A stretch of DNA of 64,000 nucleotides, from positions 1,445 through 65,444 of the forward strand of contig JACPRD010000169.1 in the NCBI GenBank assembly GCA_016190145.1. The letters are read 5' to 3'. Below are positions 54,948-64,000 of this stretch, one piece after another. The translations under genes and the position numbers were made by a program. This DNA comes from Planctomycetota bacterium (lineage in GTDB: Bacteria; Planctomycetota; MHYJ01; WSZJ01). The notes below the pieces were generated by a model. That model made no database searches and was not told the DNA's origin. It worked only from the letters and a program-made list of their open reading frames with translations. How positions within the stretch are numbered: position 1 is the stretch's first letter; each line of letters starts with the position of its first letter.

Positions 54948-56675
54948 TTACGAAACGGTGACGGGTTCCTCGGGGTACTGGTAGCGGAGGGGCGCGGGGC
55001 GGAAGACGATGGAGCCGACGAGGGCCAGGGGCCCGAGGCGGCCGAAGAACATGGCGGCGCAGAGGATGAGGCGGCCCGCGGTGTCGAGCTGGGCGGTGAC
55101 GCCGGTGGAGAGTCCGACGGTGCTGAGGGCGGAGATGGACTCGAAGAGCAGGGACTGGAAGGGAATGCCGTGCTGCGTCATGACGAGGGCGCCGGTGACG
55201 GCGAGGACGGCGAGGGAATAGAGGGTGAGGATCGCGATGGACGTGCGGACGGCGGCGGGGGCGATCCGGCGGCGGAAGGCTTCGGAGGAATCGCGATTGC
55301 GGAGGACGGACCAGGTGGTGACCCAGAGCACGCCGACGGTCGCGACCTTGACGCCGCCGCCGGTGGAGACGGGGCCGGCGCCGACGATCATGAGGAACAT
55401 GACGAGGAGGAGGGTCGGAAGCTGGAGCGCGGCAGTGGAGACCGTGTTGAATCCCGCGGTCCTCGGCATGGCGGACTGGAAGGCGCTCGCCACGGCGGCG
55501 TCGCGGTGCGAGAGCCCCGCGAGCACGCCGTCCCTTTCGGCGACCCAGAACAGGACGGCGCCGGCGACCAGGGCAAGCGCGGTTCCGAGCAGGACGATCT
55601 TCGTGTGAAGACTCAGGCGCGCGGGTGAAACGCCCGGCTTCGTCCGGCGGCACCACAGGCCGAGATCCATGAGAACGGGGAATCCGATCCCGCCGACCAC
55701 GACCAGCCCCGCGACCGTCAGGCACACGAGCGGCGAGCCCGCGAACCCCGTCAGGCTGTCCGCGTGCAGCCCGAACCCCGCGTTGCAGAACGCCGAGACG
55801 GAATGGAACACCGACCACCAGGCTCGGCCCGCAACGGGCCCGTCGGGCGAACCGAAGTACAGGAACGCCGCGCCGGCGGCCTCGACCCCGAGCGTGATCA
55901 CGACCACCATCTTCACGAATCCGCCCAGGTTGCCGAGGAAGGGGCTGCCCATCAGATCCCGGAGGAGCGTCTGCTGGCGGGCGTGAAGGCGCGATCCCTG
56001 CAGCATGAGCAGAAACACGCCGAGGAGGACCGGGCCCAGTCCGCCCAGCTGGATCAGCCCCAGCAGCGCCAGCTGCCCGCGGAACGAAAGCTCGCTTCCG
56101 ATGTCCCGCACGCTCAGGCCGGTGACGCACGAGGCGCTGGTGGAGGTGAAGAGGGCGTCGACGAAGCTCCACGGGGCGGCGCCGGGGGCGCGGCAGTTGG
56201 GGGCCATGAGCAGGCCCGCGCCGGCGAGGATCAGCAGCAGGAAGCTGCCGAGCGGGAGGACGGCGGGATTGAGTCGGTTGGTCAGGCGGTCCTGGGCGCG
56301 CGCCAGGGCGAGCAGCAGGCTTGCGACGAGGTAGAGCTGGAAGCCGGCGAGGTAGAGGCGCAGCAGCGCGGTGCCGCCGGTGACGGCGAACATCAGGGCC
56401 GTCTCGATCCCGAGCGCGATGGCCAGCGCGAACTCCAGCGGGTGGCGCCTGAGAAAGCCGCGGCGGTCGCGGGTGAAGGCGAATCGGAGGATGATATCGG
56501 CGAGGAAGAGCGCGGCGATTCCGTAGTCAAGGATGTGGAGCACGCCAAGCGTGGCGGTGGAGACGGGCCAGCCGAATTCCACCACGAGCGACACGGCGCC
56601 CACGAAGGCGGCAATCCGGACGGCGGGCCGGAGGGGCGCGAATTCTGCGACGGGGGCGTCGTCCACGGGGCGCAT
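54948..56675 (-). CDS. trkH: Potassium transporter TrkH/KtrB family with N-terminal extension
   Basis: ...CVTGLSVRDIG..., ...NAGFGLH..., ...STGGGVKV... pore-loop motifs. 10+ TM helices. Confidence 0.8.
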   Translation of the reverse strand: MRPVDDAPVAEFAPLRPAVRIAAFVGAVSLVVEFGWPVSTATLGVLHILDYGIAALFLADIILRFAFTRDRRGFLRRHPLEFALAIALGIETALMFAVTGGTALLRLYLAGFQLYLVASLLLALARAQDRLTNRLNPAVLPLGSFLLLILAGAGLLMAPNCRAPGAAPWSFVDALFTSTSASCVTGLSVRDIGSELSFRGQLALLGLIQLGGLGPVLLGVFLLMLQGSRLHARQQTLLRDLMGSPFLGNLGGFVKMVVVITLGVEAAGAAFLYFGSPDGPVAGRAWWSVFHSVSAFCNAGFGLHADSLTGFAGSPLVCLTVAGLVVVGGIGFPVLMDLGLWCRRTKPGVSPARLSLHTKIVLLGTALALVAGAVLFWVAERDGVLAGLSHRDAAVASAFQSAMPRTAGFNTVSTAALQLPTLLLVMFLMIVGAGPVSTGGGVKVATVGVLWVTTWSVLRNRDSSEAFRRRIAPAAVRTSIAILTLYSLAVLAVTGALVMTQHGIPFQSLLFESISALSTVGLSTGVTAQLDTAGRLILCAAMFFGRLGPLALVGSIVFRPAPLRYQYPEEPVTVS

Positions 56676-56681
56676 CCTACG

Positions 56682-58421
56682 TCAGGACCGGCGAAGCCAG
56701 ATCGGATTCGTGAATCCCCACGGGCGGATGCGGGCGTGGGTCACGACGTCGGCAGTGAAGCGCTCGCCCTCGGCGACGAACACGAACCATGAACCGTCGT
56801 TCTCGCTCAAGGTCAGCTTCTGTTCCGCGGCGGGTTCGAGCGTCCGAAGCGGCTTGCCGTCCGCGATGACGACGATGCGGATCGCCTGCGCCCAGGACGG
56901 AGCTCGCAGCCGGACGGTGACTTCCACGGATGCGCCCTTCAACTCCTCCCCCACGACCGACCGGCCCGCCGCGTCGACGATTTCGAGCACGGGACCCGCG
57001 CTCACCACGACCCGGTGCGCGCACACGGCTGCGACCACCTCTTCCTCCGACGGCAGCCCCTCCTTCCCCACGATCACGTAGTTTCGCGGCCAGCCCGCTT
57101 CCTCGAGCACGAGCCGGTGGGAATCCGAGTTCCCGGTCGCGGTGATGCGGAAGCCGGCGTTAAGGAGTCCGTACCAGTCGCGGAGGCAGGCCTCGAGCTG
57201 TTTCCAGTCGGACTTGCCATTGAAGACTTCGATCGCGTCGAATTCGAGCGAGAAGCCCTCGACGGGGCTTTTCGCGGTGGCGGGGTCGAGCTTGAAGACA
57301 TTGAAGTAGCCGATGTCGCCGTCGCGCGGGTGGTTGACCTGGAGGACGCGGCGGGCGCGCGGTGAGCGGGCGTCGACGCGCTCGAGGAGGATTTTCGGGG
57401 TGAGGCCGGAGGCGTCGACGGCCTGGTCGATGGGGAAAACATTGAAGTGGCCGATGCGGGGTTTCGAGGACGTGATTTCGTCGCCGACGGAGGAGCGGAT
57501 GAGGTGGCCGGCCTTGAGTTCCGCGATCGCCGGGCGATAGTCGGTCGCGTGATTGTGGTCGGTCGCGACGACGTACTCGATGCCTTCGGCGAGGTAGCTG
57601 GCGACGCGGTCCTGCAGCTTGACGCGCGAGTCGCCGCTCGGGTCGGCGTGGAGGTGGAAGTCGGCGCCGACCATTCCGGGCGTGTCGAACGCGCGTTTCG
57701 GCACGAGGTCGAGGGGCGCGGTCGCCCACGGCGCCAGTTCGGCGACGGCGACCTCGAATTCGGGACCGCGGGAGACGGTGAGCTTGTACGTCCCGTCGGC
57801 GGGGAGGATCAGCTCCGCCTCGCCGTCAGGCGAGAAAACGGCCCGCGACGCGCCTTCCGATTCGTAGTCGGGCCCAAGCCGAGGCGCGCCCGCGACGACG
57901 ATCTTCGCCGGCCCGCCGGTCCGGACGGCCACGCGGCGCATCGGCGCGAGCCGCAGGTTCTCGACTTCGAAGTCGTCGAGGTTTGCGCTGTCGGGGTCCT
58001 TGCCGGCGACGATGGACAATTTCGAACCGGGTTTCAGCGCGACACCGACCAGGGGGACCCAGACCTCGTGCGCGGGCCCGTTCTCCGCGTCCACGAAGTC
58101 GTTGAGCGCCGCCACGCGAACCCCGTCGAGCCGCACCTCGTCCACGAACCCGCCCTTTTCGTAGGCGCGGTGATTCGAGTCCACGACGTGGCGCACCCGG
58201 GCCGTGAGGCCCCAGAGGCAGCGATCGGGCAGCGCCGGGAGTTTCGGGACCACGGCGGACCATTCGGGACCGCCGGGATCCGCGGGGGTAAACCCCTTGC
58301 TCGAGTTGTCACCGACGTGGCGGCACGCCGCGTCGAGCACGACGGGCTCGGGCCGGCCGGGATCGGCGAAGGCGAGGGTCACGAGCAGGGCGGCCAGCGC
58401 GGGCGGCTTCAGCGTTTTCAT
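56682..58421 (-). CDS. Secreted CehA/McbA-family (PHP-like) metallohydrolase
   Basis: Signal peptide MKTLKPPALAALLVTLAFA. ...GADFHLHADPSGDS...VVATDHNHATD...GNSDSH... Stop is 6 nt before the trkH start. Confidence 0.6.
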   Translation of the reverse strand: MKTLKPPALAALLVTLAFADPGRPEPVVLDAACRHVGDNSSKGFTPADPGGPEWSAVVPKLPALPDRCLWGLTARVRHVVDSNHRAYEKGGFVDEVRLDGVRVAALNDFVDAENGPAHEVWVPLVGVALKPGSKLSIVAGKDPDSANLDDFEVENLRLAPMRRVAVRTGGPAKIVVAGAPRLGPDYESEGASRAVFSPDGEAELILPADGTYKLTVSRGPEFEVAVAELAPWATAPLDLVPKRAFDTPGMVGADFHLHADPSGDSRVKLQDRVASYLAEGIEYVVATDHNHATDYRPAIAELKAGHLIRSSVGDEITSSKPRIGHFNVFPIDQAVDASGLTPKILLERVDARSPRARRVLQVNHPRDGDIGYFNVFKLDPATAKSPVEGFSLEFDAIEVFNGKSDWKQLEACLRDWYGLLNAGFRITATGNSDSHRLVLEEAGWPRNYVIVGKEGLPSEEEVVAAVCAHRVVVSAGPVLEIVDAAGRSVVGEELKGASVEVTVRLRAPSWAQAIRIVVIADGKPLRTLEPAAEQKLTLSENDGSWFVFVAEGERFTADVVTHARIRPWGFTNPIWLRRS

Positions 58422-58492
58422 GCCGGCGGATGATATCAGGCGCTTGCCGAACTTCCCTGCTTGTGGCGTGATACCGGGAAAGGAAGGACCTC

Positions 58493-58594
58493 ATGAAGAG
58501 ACTCGGAGCCGTCGGGTCTCCACAACCGCTGGAACCACGCGTTCAAGCTCCTGAAAAAGTAACCCCCCTCCCCTTCGGCGGCCGCTTCCCGTGA
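58493..58594 (+). CDS. Candidate 33-codon upstream ORF translationally coupled to macA (MKRLGAVGSPQPLEPRVQAPEKVTPLPFGGRFP)
   Basis: Strong SD GGAAAGGAAGG 5 nt upstream of the ATG. Its TGA overlaps the macA GTG (GTGA). Below the ORF-track length cutoff. Coordinates approximate to +/-1. Confidence 0.25.
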   Translation: MKRLGAVGSPQPLEPRVQAPEKVTPLPFGGRFP

Positions 58595-59790
58595 AAAAGG
58601 TTCTCCTGCTCGTCGTCGTCCTCGCCGCCGCCGGAGGCGTCGCGTGGTGGTTCTGGAAACGCGAGAAGGCGTCGGCGCCGCAGTACCGGACCGCAATGGT
58701 GCAGCGCGGAGACGTCCTCGTCGCGGTCACCGCCACCGGGACCATCCAGCCCCTTGGCCAGGTGCAGGTCGGCACGCAGGTCAGCGGAACAATCGAGAGC
58801 CTGGGCGCGGACTGGAACTCCGCCGTCACCACGAAAACCGTGCTCGCCCAGATCGATCCCGCGCCGCTCCAGGCCCGCGCCGACCAGGACCGCGCCAACC
58901 TCGCCCGCGCCGAGGCGGACGTCGAACGCGTCCAGGCCGCGCTCACGCAGGCGGAGAACGACCTCAAGCGCGCGCAGGAACTCGCCGCCCAGAAGTTGAT
59001 CCCGCCCAGCGAGTACGACGCGGCCGTCGCGACGCGGGACAGCCAGGTGGCCCAGATGAAAGTCGCGCGCGCGGGCGTCGAGCAGAGCCGCGCGACCCTT
59101 CGCGTCTCTGAACTGAACCTCAAGTACACCACCATCTACTCCCCCATCGACGGCATCGTGATCTCCCGCAACGTGGACGTCGGCCAGACCGTCGCCGCCT
59201 CCCTCTCCGCCCCCACCCTGTTCGTCATCGCCGAAAACCTGAAGTCGATCCAGGTGCAGGCGAGCGTCGCGGAAGCGGACATCGGGCGGATCTTCGCGGG
59301 GCAGGACGCGATGTTCACGGTGGACGCGTACAGGGAACGCCGCTTCCGCGCAAAAGTCGTCCAGGTCCGGCTGCAGCCCACGACGGTCCAGAACGTGGTG
59401 ACGTACACGGTGATTCTCGGGGCGGAAAACAAGGACGAGAAGCTGCTGCCCGGGATGACGGCGAACGTGACGTTCGAGGTTGAGACCGCGAAGGACGTGC
59501 TCAAGGTGCCCAACGCGGCGCTGCGGTTCGTGCCGGCGGACGCGCCGCCGGCGGCGGAGGCGGCGGGGGGACGGAGGCGGGAGGCGAAAGGGCGGGTGTG
59601 GGTGAAGGGGCCCGCCGGGCCGGTGGCGGTGGAGATCGAGACGGGCGTGACGGACGGGTCGTTCACGGCGGTGAAGAAAGGCGAGTTGACCGACGGGCAG
59701 GAGGTGATCACGGGGCTGGCGGGCGACGCGAAGGACCCGGCGATGAGCAATCCGTTCGCGCCCACGCGCGGGATGGGTCGCGGGCGGTGA
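58591..59790 (+). CDS. macA: Efflux periplasmic adaptor subunit (MacA/HlyD family)
   Basis: MKKVLLLVVVLAAAGGVAWWF TM anchor, coiled-coil hairpin, beta-barrel and MP domains. GTG start. Confidence 0.8.
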   Translation: MKKVLLLVVVLAAAGGVAWWFWKREKASAPQYRTAMVQRGDVLVAVTATGTIQPLGQVQVGTQVSGTIESLGADWNSAVTTKTVLAQIDPAPLQARADQDRANLARAEADVERVQAALTQAENDLKRAQELAAQKLIPPSEYDAAVATRDSQVAQMKVARAGVEQSRATLRVSELNLKYTTIYSPIDGIVISRNVDVGQTVAASLSAPTLFVIAENLKSIQVQASVAEADIGRIFAGQDAMFTVDAYRERRFRAKVVQVRLQPTTVQNVVTYTVILGAENKDEKLLPGMTANVTFEVETAKDVLKVPNAALRFVPADAPPAAEAAGGRRREAKGRVWVKGPAGPVAVEIETGVTDGSFTAVKKGELTDGQEVITGLAGDAKDPAMSNPFAPTRGMGRGR

Positions 59791-60467
59791 CCGCGCAGAT
59801 CTCCCTTCGGAACGTCGGCAAGATCTACCACCTGGGCGAGGTCGACATCCGGCCTCTACAGGACGTGTCGCTCGACATCGGCGCCGGCGAGTTCGTCGCG
59901 ATCATGGGGGCCTCGGGCTCCGGCAAGACGACGCTCATGAACGTGATCGGGTGCATGGACCGGCCTACGGAGGGGCGGTACCTGCTCGAGGGGACCGAGG
60001 TGTCGACGCTGAGCGGCGACGAGCTGGCGCGCGTGCGGAACAGGAAGTTCGGATTCGTGTTCCAGTCGTTCAACCTGCTCGCGCGCACCGCCGCGCTGGA
60101 GAACGTCGAGCTGCCGCTCCTCTACTGGAACGACCTGCCGGGGAGGGAACGGCGGAAACGCGCCGAGGCGGCGCTGGCGCGGGTGGGCCTCTCCGACCGG
60201 ATGGGCCACCACCCGAGCCAGCTCTCCGGCGGCCAGCAGCAGCGCGTCGCGATCGCCCGCGCGCTCGTAAACGAGCCCGCGATCGTCCTCGCCGACGAGC
60301 CGACGGGCAACCTCGACAGCGCCTCGGAGCGCGAGATCGTCGCCCTGCTGCACGAGCTGAACGCCGCGGGCATCACCGTCGTGCTCGTGACGCACAATCC
60401 CGAGATCGGGGCTCATGCGAAGCGGCTGATCCGGATCCGCGACGGCCGGATCGTGGAGGGCGCGTGA
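59787..60467 (+). CDS. macB: ABC transporter ATP-binding protein (MacB/LolD-type)
   Basis: [37 protein letters not shown] start overlapping macA stop (GTGA). Confidence 0.85.
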   Translation: MTAQISLRNVGKIYHLGEVDIRPLQDVSLDIGAGEFVAIMGASGSGKTTLMNVIGCMDRPTEGRYLLEGTEVSTLSGDELARVRNRKFGFVFQSFNLLARTAALENVELPLLYWNDLPGRERRKRAEAALARVGLSDRMGHHPSQLSGGQQQRVAIARALVNEPAIVLADEPTGNLDSASEREIVALLHELNAAGITVVLVTHNPEIGAHAKRLIRIRDGRIVEGA

Positions 60468-61681
60468 ACCTCCTCAAGACCCTTCACCTCGCCCTGCGCT
60501 CGCTCCTGCGCAACAAGGTCCGCACCGGGCTCACCATGCTCGGCATCGTCATCGGCATCTCGTCCGTCATCGCGATGGTCGCCATGGGCCAGGGCGCCTC
60601 GATGATGATCCAGGACCAGCTCTCGACCATGGGCCGCAATATCGTCATGGTCTTCCCCGGCGCCGCCTCCTCGGGCGGCTTCTCCTTCGGCGGCGGCAGC
60701 TCGACGACGCTGACATCGGAAGACGGCGCGGCGGCGGCGGGGCTGGGAAGCGTGCGCGCGGTCGCGCCCGTCGTCCGGACGCGCGCGCAGATCATCGCGG
60801 GCGGACAGAACTGGGTCCCTCAGAGCATGATGGGGACGTCGCCTGAGTTCCTCGACGTGCGCGACTGGGCGATGGACGAGGGCGGTTTTTTCACGGAGAC
60901 GGACGTGGCCTCCTCCGCCAAGGTCTGCGTCCTCGGCCGCACGACCGCGGACACGCTGTTCCCCGGCGAAACCGCCGTGCAGCAGACCATCCGCATCAAG
61001 AACTTCCCGTTCCGCGTCCTCGGCGTGCTCGCGAGGAAAGGAACGAGCGCCATGGGACAGGACCAGGACGACGTCGTCCTCGCGCCGTGGACGACGGTGA
61101 AGAAGACGCTCCAGGGCTCCGCCTTCAGCAACGTCGACCAGCTCCTGGTGAGCGCAAAGTCCGACGTCGAGGCCGCCTCCGCCGAACTGACCTCGCTCCT
61201 GCGCCAGCGGCACCGGATCCGCGAAGGCGACGACAGCGATTTCCGGATCCTCACAATGGACGAGATGGCCAGCACCGTCACCCAGACGTCGCGCGTCATG
61301 ACCCTGCTCCTCGCGATGATCGCCTCGATCTCCCTCGTCGTCGGCGGCATCGGGATCATGAACATCATGCTCGTGAGCGTCGTCGAGCGGACCCGCGAAA
61401 TCGGCCTCCGGATGGCCGTGGGTGCGCGGCGGCGGGACATCCTGATGCAATTTCTCATGGAAGCGACGGCGATCTCCGTCGCCGCGGGCGTGATCGGCAT
61501 GGTGCTGGGATCCGCCGCGGCGTGGGTGATCTCGGGCACGCTCAAGTGGCCGACGCTGATCTCACCGGCCTCGATCGGGATCGCCTTCGCGTTCTCGTGC
61601 GCCGTCGGAATTTTCTTCGGGTTCTATCCGGCGCTGCGCGCATCGCGGATGGACCCGATCGAAGCCCTCCGCTACGAGTAG
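60464..61681 (+). CDS. ABC transporter permease (MacB/FtsX family, periplasmic MacB_PCD domain)
   Basis: N-terminal TM, large periplasmic domain, C-terminal FtsX 3-TM bundle. GTG start overlapping ATPase stop (GTGA). Confidence 0.85.
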   Translation: MNLLKTLHLALRSLLRNKVRTGLTMLGIVIGISSVIAMVAMGQGASMMIQDQLSTMGRNIVMVFPGAASSGGFSFGGGSSTTLTSEDGAAAAGLGSVRAVAPVVRTRAQIIAGGQNWVPQSMMGTSPEFLDVRDWAMDEGGFFTETDVASSAKVCVLGRTTADTLFPGETAVQQTIRIKNFPFRVLGVLARKGTSAMGQDQDDVVLAPWTTVKKTLQGSAFSNVDQLLVSAKSDVEAASAELTSLLRQRHRIREGDDSDFRILTMDEMASTVTQTSRVMTLLLAMIASISLVVGGIGIMNIMLVSVVERTREIGLRMAVGARRRDILMQFLMEATAISVAAGVIGMVLGSAAAWVISGTLKWPTLISPASIGIAFAFSCAVGIFFGFYPALRASRMDPIEALRYE

Positions 61682-61683
61682 GC

Positions 61684-62667
61684 TCAGGCGAGGAACAGGA
61701 AATCCTCGCCCTCCCGGAATCCCGCCCCGAGCAGCCGCCCGCGGATGATCGCCCTCGCCCCGCGCGAGCCGACGGCGCCCAGCACCGGCCCGCGCCCGCG
61801 CGCGAGCACTTCCTCCGCCGCCACCACCGGCACTCCCCCGCTGACGCGCCGGCCGATCTTCCGCGGATCGATGTCCACGACCTGCTCCACCTCCACGCCG
61901 AGCGCGCGCAAAACGGGGATCCACCCGCGCCCGACGGGCCCCGCGCCCCACACCGTCACCGGCCCGCGCGCCAGGATCGGGTGCCGCGGCAGGTTCGCGA
62001 GCTTCACCCGCCGGAACGCCGCTTCGGAATAGTCCGCATGCGCCCGCGTCAGCCTCCCCGGCGAGTCGCGCCAGCCGAGGAGAACCCGCGGGATTTTCTC
62101 GAAGCGGGCGCCGCTTTCCCACAGGCGCATCCACAGGTCGTAGTCCTCCGGGCCGCCCGCGCGGTACCCACCGGCGCGCTCGAAGGTGTCGCGCCGCATC
62201 AGGGCGGTCGGGTGTGCGAGGGGGGATTCGACGAACAGGTTGTGAATGTGGTCGTCGTGGGTCAGCAGGGAGTTCTGCCAGCGAACGTACGCGCGCATGC
62301 CCTCGCCCGGCGCGCCGAGCAAGCGCGTGCGCGCGGCGACGACGTCCGCGCGGGACGCGAGCTGGATCTCGAAACGTCGCGCGTGGGCCATATCGTCTGC
62401 GTCCATGCGGGCAAATCGGGGGGCGTCGGAAGCGGCCGCCGCGGCGCGGAGGGCGGCGACGATGCCGCCGTGGCGGATGCGAAGCATGCGGATGCGCGGA
62501 TCGCGCGCGGCGAAACTGCCCGCGATTGCGGCAGTCCTGTCGGTCGAACCGTCGTCGACGAGCCAGAGCCGCCAGTCTCGGAACGTCTGGCGGACGATCG
62601 ACCGCAATGCTGCTGCGAGCGTCGCTTCGGCGTTGAAGGCGGGCAGCCAGACGTCAAGATGGGACAT
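61684..62667 (-). CDS. Glycosyltransferase family 2
   Basis: ORF trimmed to Met33 (MSHLDVWLPAFNAEATLAAALRSIVRQTFRDWRLWLVDDGSTD...MDADD). Confidence 0.75.
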   Translation of the reverse strand: MSHLDVWLPAFNAEATLAAALRSIVRQTFRDWRLWLVDDGSTDRTAAIAGSFAARDPRIRMLRIRHGGIVAALRAAAAASDAPRFARMDADDMAHARRFEIQLASRADVVAARTRLLGAPGEGMRAYVRWQNSLLTHDDHIHNLFVESPLAHPTALMRRDTFERAGGYRAGGPEDYDLWMRLWESGARFEKIPRVLLGWRDSPGRLTRAHADYSEAAFRRVKLANLPRHPILARGPVTVWGAGPVGRGWIPVLRALGVEVEQVVDIDPRKIGRRVSGGVPVVAAEEVLARGRGPVLGAVGSRGARAIIRGRLLGAGFREGEDFLFLA

Positions 62668-63017
62668 GGCGCACACGATAAGAAGCCCCGATCGAATTCG
62701 GAAAGATCCGCGTCCGACCAAGCCGGAATCGGAAAGGCCATTTCCTGCGATTCCTCCGTCCATGCAAACGACCGCCTCGGCCGTCCACCCCGATGACGCA
62801 CCCTGCCGCCGAAGGCAGATCCGCCTCCCGCTGCCCGGCGGGCGGATGCTCAGGTTCGCGGAAGAGCCGGGCGTCCATCCGCTCGACCCCTACCCACCCG
62901 AATTCGCCGCCGCCCGCGCGCCGGCCTCGGCCGCTACCGCCGCGCCGGCTCCTGGTGCTACCTCGGCGTCAGCCTCTTCGAACTTACGTTCTGACGCCGT
63001 CCGTGTATCATCCGCCC

Positions 63018-63566
63018 GTGCCCTTCGAGTTCATCCCCCAATCCGTCCCCGACGTCCTCCTCGTCCGCCCCCGCGCGTTCGGGGACGACCGCGGCTTCTT
63101 CATGGAAACGTGGCGCCGCTCGGCGTTCGCGAAAGCCGGGCTGCCGATCGACTTCGTGCAGGACAACGTGGCGCGGTCGCTGCGCAAAGGAGTCCTGCGC
63201 GGACTCCACTTCCAGAAAGGTCCCCACGCGCAGTCGAAACTCGTGCGCTGCTCGGTCGGGCGGATCTTCGACGTCGCGGTGGACATCCGGGGCGGCTCGC
63301 CGACGTACGGGAGCTACGTCGCGGCGGAGCTTTCGGAGGACGACAGGGCGATGCTGTTCGTCCCGAAGGGGTTCGCGCACGGGTACGTGACGCTGACGGA
63401 CGTCACCGAGGTCACGTACAAAGTGGACGCGGAGTACGCGCCGGCTGCGGAGGGCGGACTGTTGTGGAACGATCCCACCGTGGGCGTGCCGTGGCCGGTC
63501 CGCGAGCCGGCGCTGAACGAGCGGGACCGGAAGTGGCCGGGGTTGAGCGGGCTCGGCCCGGCTTAG
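63018..63566 (+). CDS. rmlC: dTDP-4-dehydrorhamnose 3,5-epimerase
   Basis: [32 protein letters not shown]...GLHFQ...[23 protein letters not shown] start at Val76 of ORF 62793..63566. Confidence 0.8.
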   Translation: MPFEFIPQSVPDVLLVRPRAFGDDRGFFMETWRRSAFAKAGLPIDFVQDNVARSLRKGVLRGLHFQKGPHAQSKLVRCSVGRIFDVAVDIRGGSPTYGSYVAAELSEDDRAMLFVPKGFAHGYVTLTDVTEVTYKVDAEYAPAAEGGLLWNDPTVGVPWPVREPALNERDRKWPGLSGLGPA

Positions 63567-64000
63567 AAATCCGTGAGTTCACGGGGCGGCAGCGCCATCC
63601 GAAGGGCATTCAGCACCGCGAACAGGTCGATCACTTCCTGCCCGATCGCCCCCGCCACCGGCGAGATCAGCCCGAACGCCGCGGCGACCATCCCGGCGAC
63701 GCTGAGCAGGATGCCGCCGACGGCGCTCTGAAGTGCGATGCGCCGCATGCGGCGGCTGATGTGGAAGAACTCGTCCACGCGCTGAAGCGACGCGTCCATG
63801 ATGACGGCGCCCGCGGCCTCGGCCGTCACGTCGCTTTTCTGGCCGAACGCCACGCCGATCGTCGCCGCGAGCAGCGCGGGCGCGTCGTTGATGCCGTCGC
63901 CGAGGAACAGCGTGGGCGCGCGAAGCGTCTCCTGGCGCACGATCGCGACTTTTTCCTCGGGCGTCTTGCCCGCGTGGATCTCCGCGATGCCGACCTCCTT
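63563..64000 (-). CDS. Heavy-metal (P1B-type) P-type ATPase, C-terminal part; gene continues beyond window end
   Basis: ...[45 protein letters not shown]... C-terminal ...VLNALRMA. Reading frame stays open to position 64000. Confidence 0.7.
   Translation of the reverse strand, partial: KEVGIAEIHAGKTPEEKVAIVRQETLRAPTLFLGDGINDAPALLAATIGVAFGQKSDVTAEAAGAVIMDASLQRVDEFFHISRRMRRIALQSAVGGILLSVAGMVAAAFGLISPVAGAIGQEVIDLFAVLNALRMALPPRELTDF

Noticed and set aside
54336-56792. Plus-strand ORFs of 342-430 aa over trkA/trkH
   Set aside because: Antisense Gly/Asp/Glu/Arg-rich artefacts of GC-rich coding DNA.

Overview
High-GC (~68-70%) bacterial chromosomal segment, densely coding on both strands. It carries many lipoproteins and efflux/ion-channel genes plus a DUF1570 TPR protein, an overall composition that loosely resembles Planctomycetota/Acidobacteriota-type genomes (inference only, not tested). 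I count about 55 supportable genes plus one tRNA. Core content, in order along the window: (1) tRNA-Asn(GTT), followed by a three-copy family of structured repeats and a duplicated tRNA 3' end, which looks like an old integration scar. (2) A TPR-DUF1570 HExxH protein between the repeat copies. (3) A 7Fe ferredoxin and an N-terminally short endonuclease V. (4) A tetR-OMF-MFP-RND efflux operon whose genes are linked by ATGA/TGA overlaps, with a perfect palindromic operator candidate. (5) A near-consensus AT-rich sigma70-type promoter driving a membrane SAM-methyltransferase plus TetR pair. (6) A translationally coupled CsoR/RcnR-like repressor, a P-type ATPase lacking the CPC motif, and a GAF-PAS-GGDEF cyclase. 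(7) A crcB-DUF190 fluoride module. (8) A lipoprotein with three His/Cys/Tyr-rich repeats followed by two near-perfect 27-nt tandem arrays. (9) A large osmoadaptation-like supercluster: sensor GGDEF, a non-canonical ClC plus a split TrkA-C domain, MscS, a three-gene compatible-solute (glucosyl/mannosyl-glycerate-like) synthesis module, a 1060-aa MscK-like channel, and a sugar ABC importer. (10) An AAA+DUF4143 ATPase gene bracketed by 26-bp direct repeats that contain a Fur-box-like palindrome. (11) A WD40/class III nucleotidyl cyclase fusion. (12) A ~185-bp MITE-like inverted-repeat element between convergent genes. (13) A cehA-like, trkH, trkA operon. (14) macA-macB with an upstream coupled 33-codon ORF. 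(15) A GT2 glycosyltransferase, rmlC, and a partial P1B ATPase at the window edge. Because of the GC content, many long ORFs in the six-frame track are antisense or alternative-frame artefacts; I reject those explicitly. Start coordinates were derived by arithmetic from the ORF track plus inspection of start codons and Shine-Dalgarno sequences; where noted they may be off by a few nt. There is no CRISPR array, no rRNA and no intact transposase or integrase.
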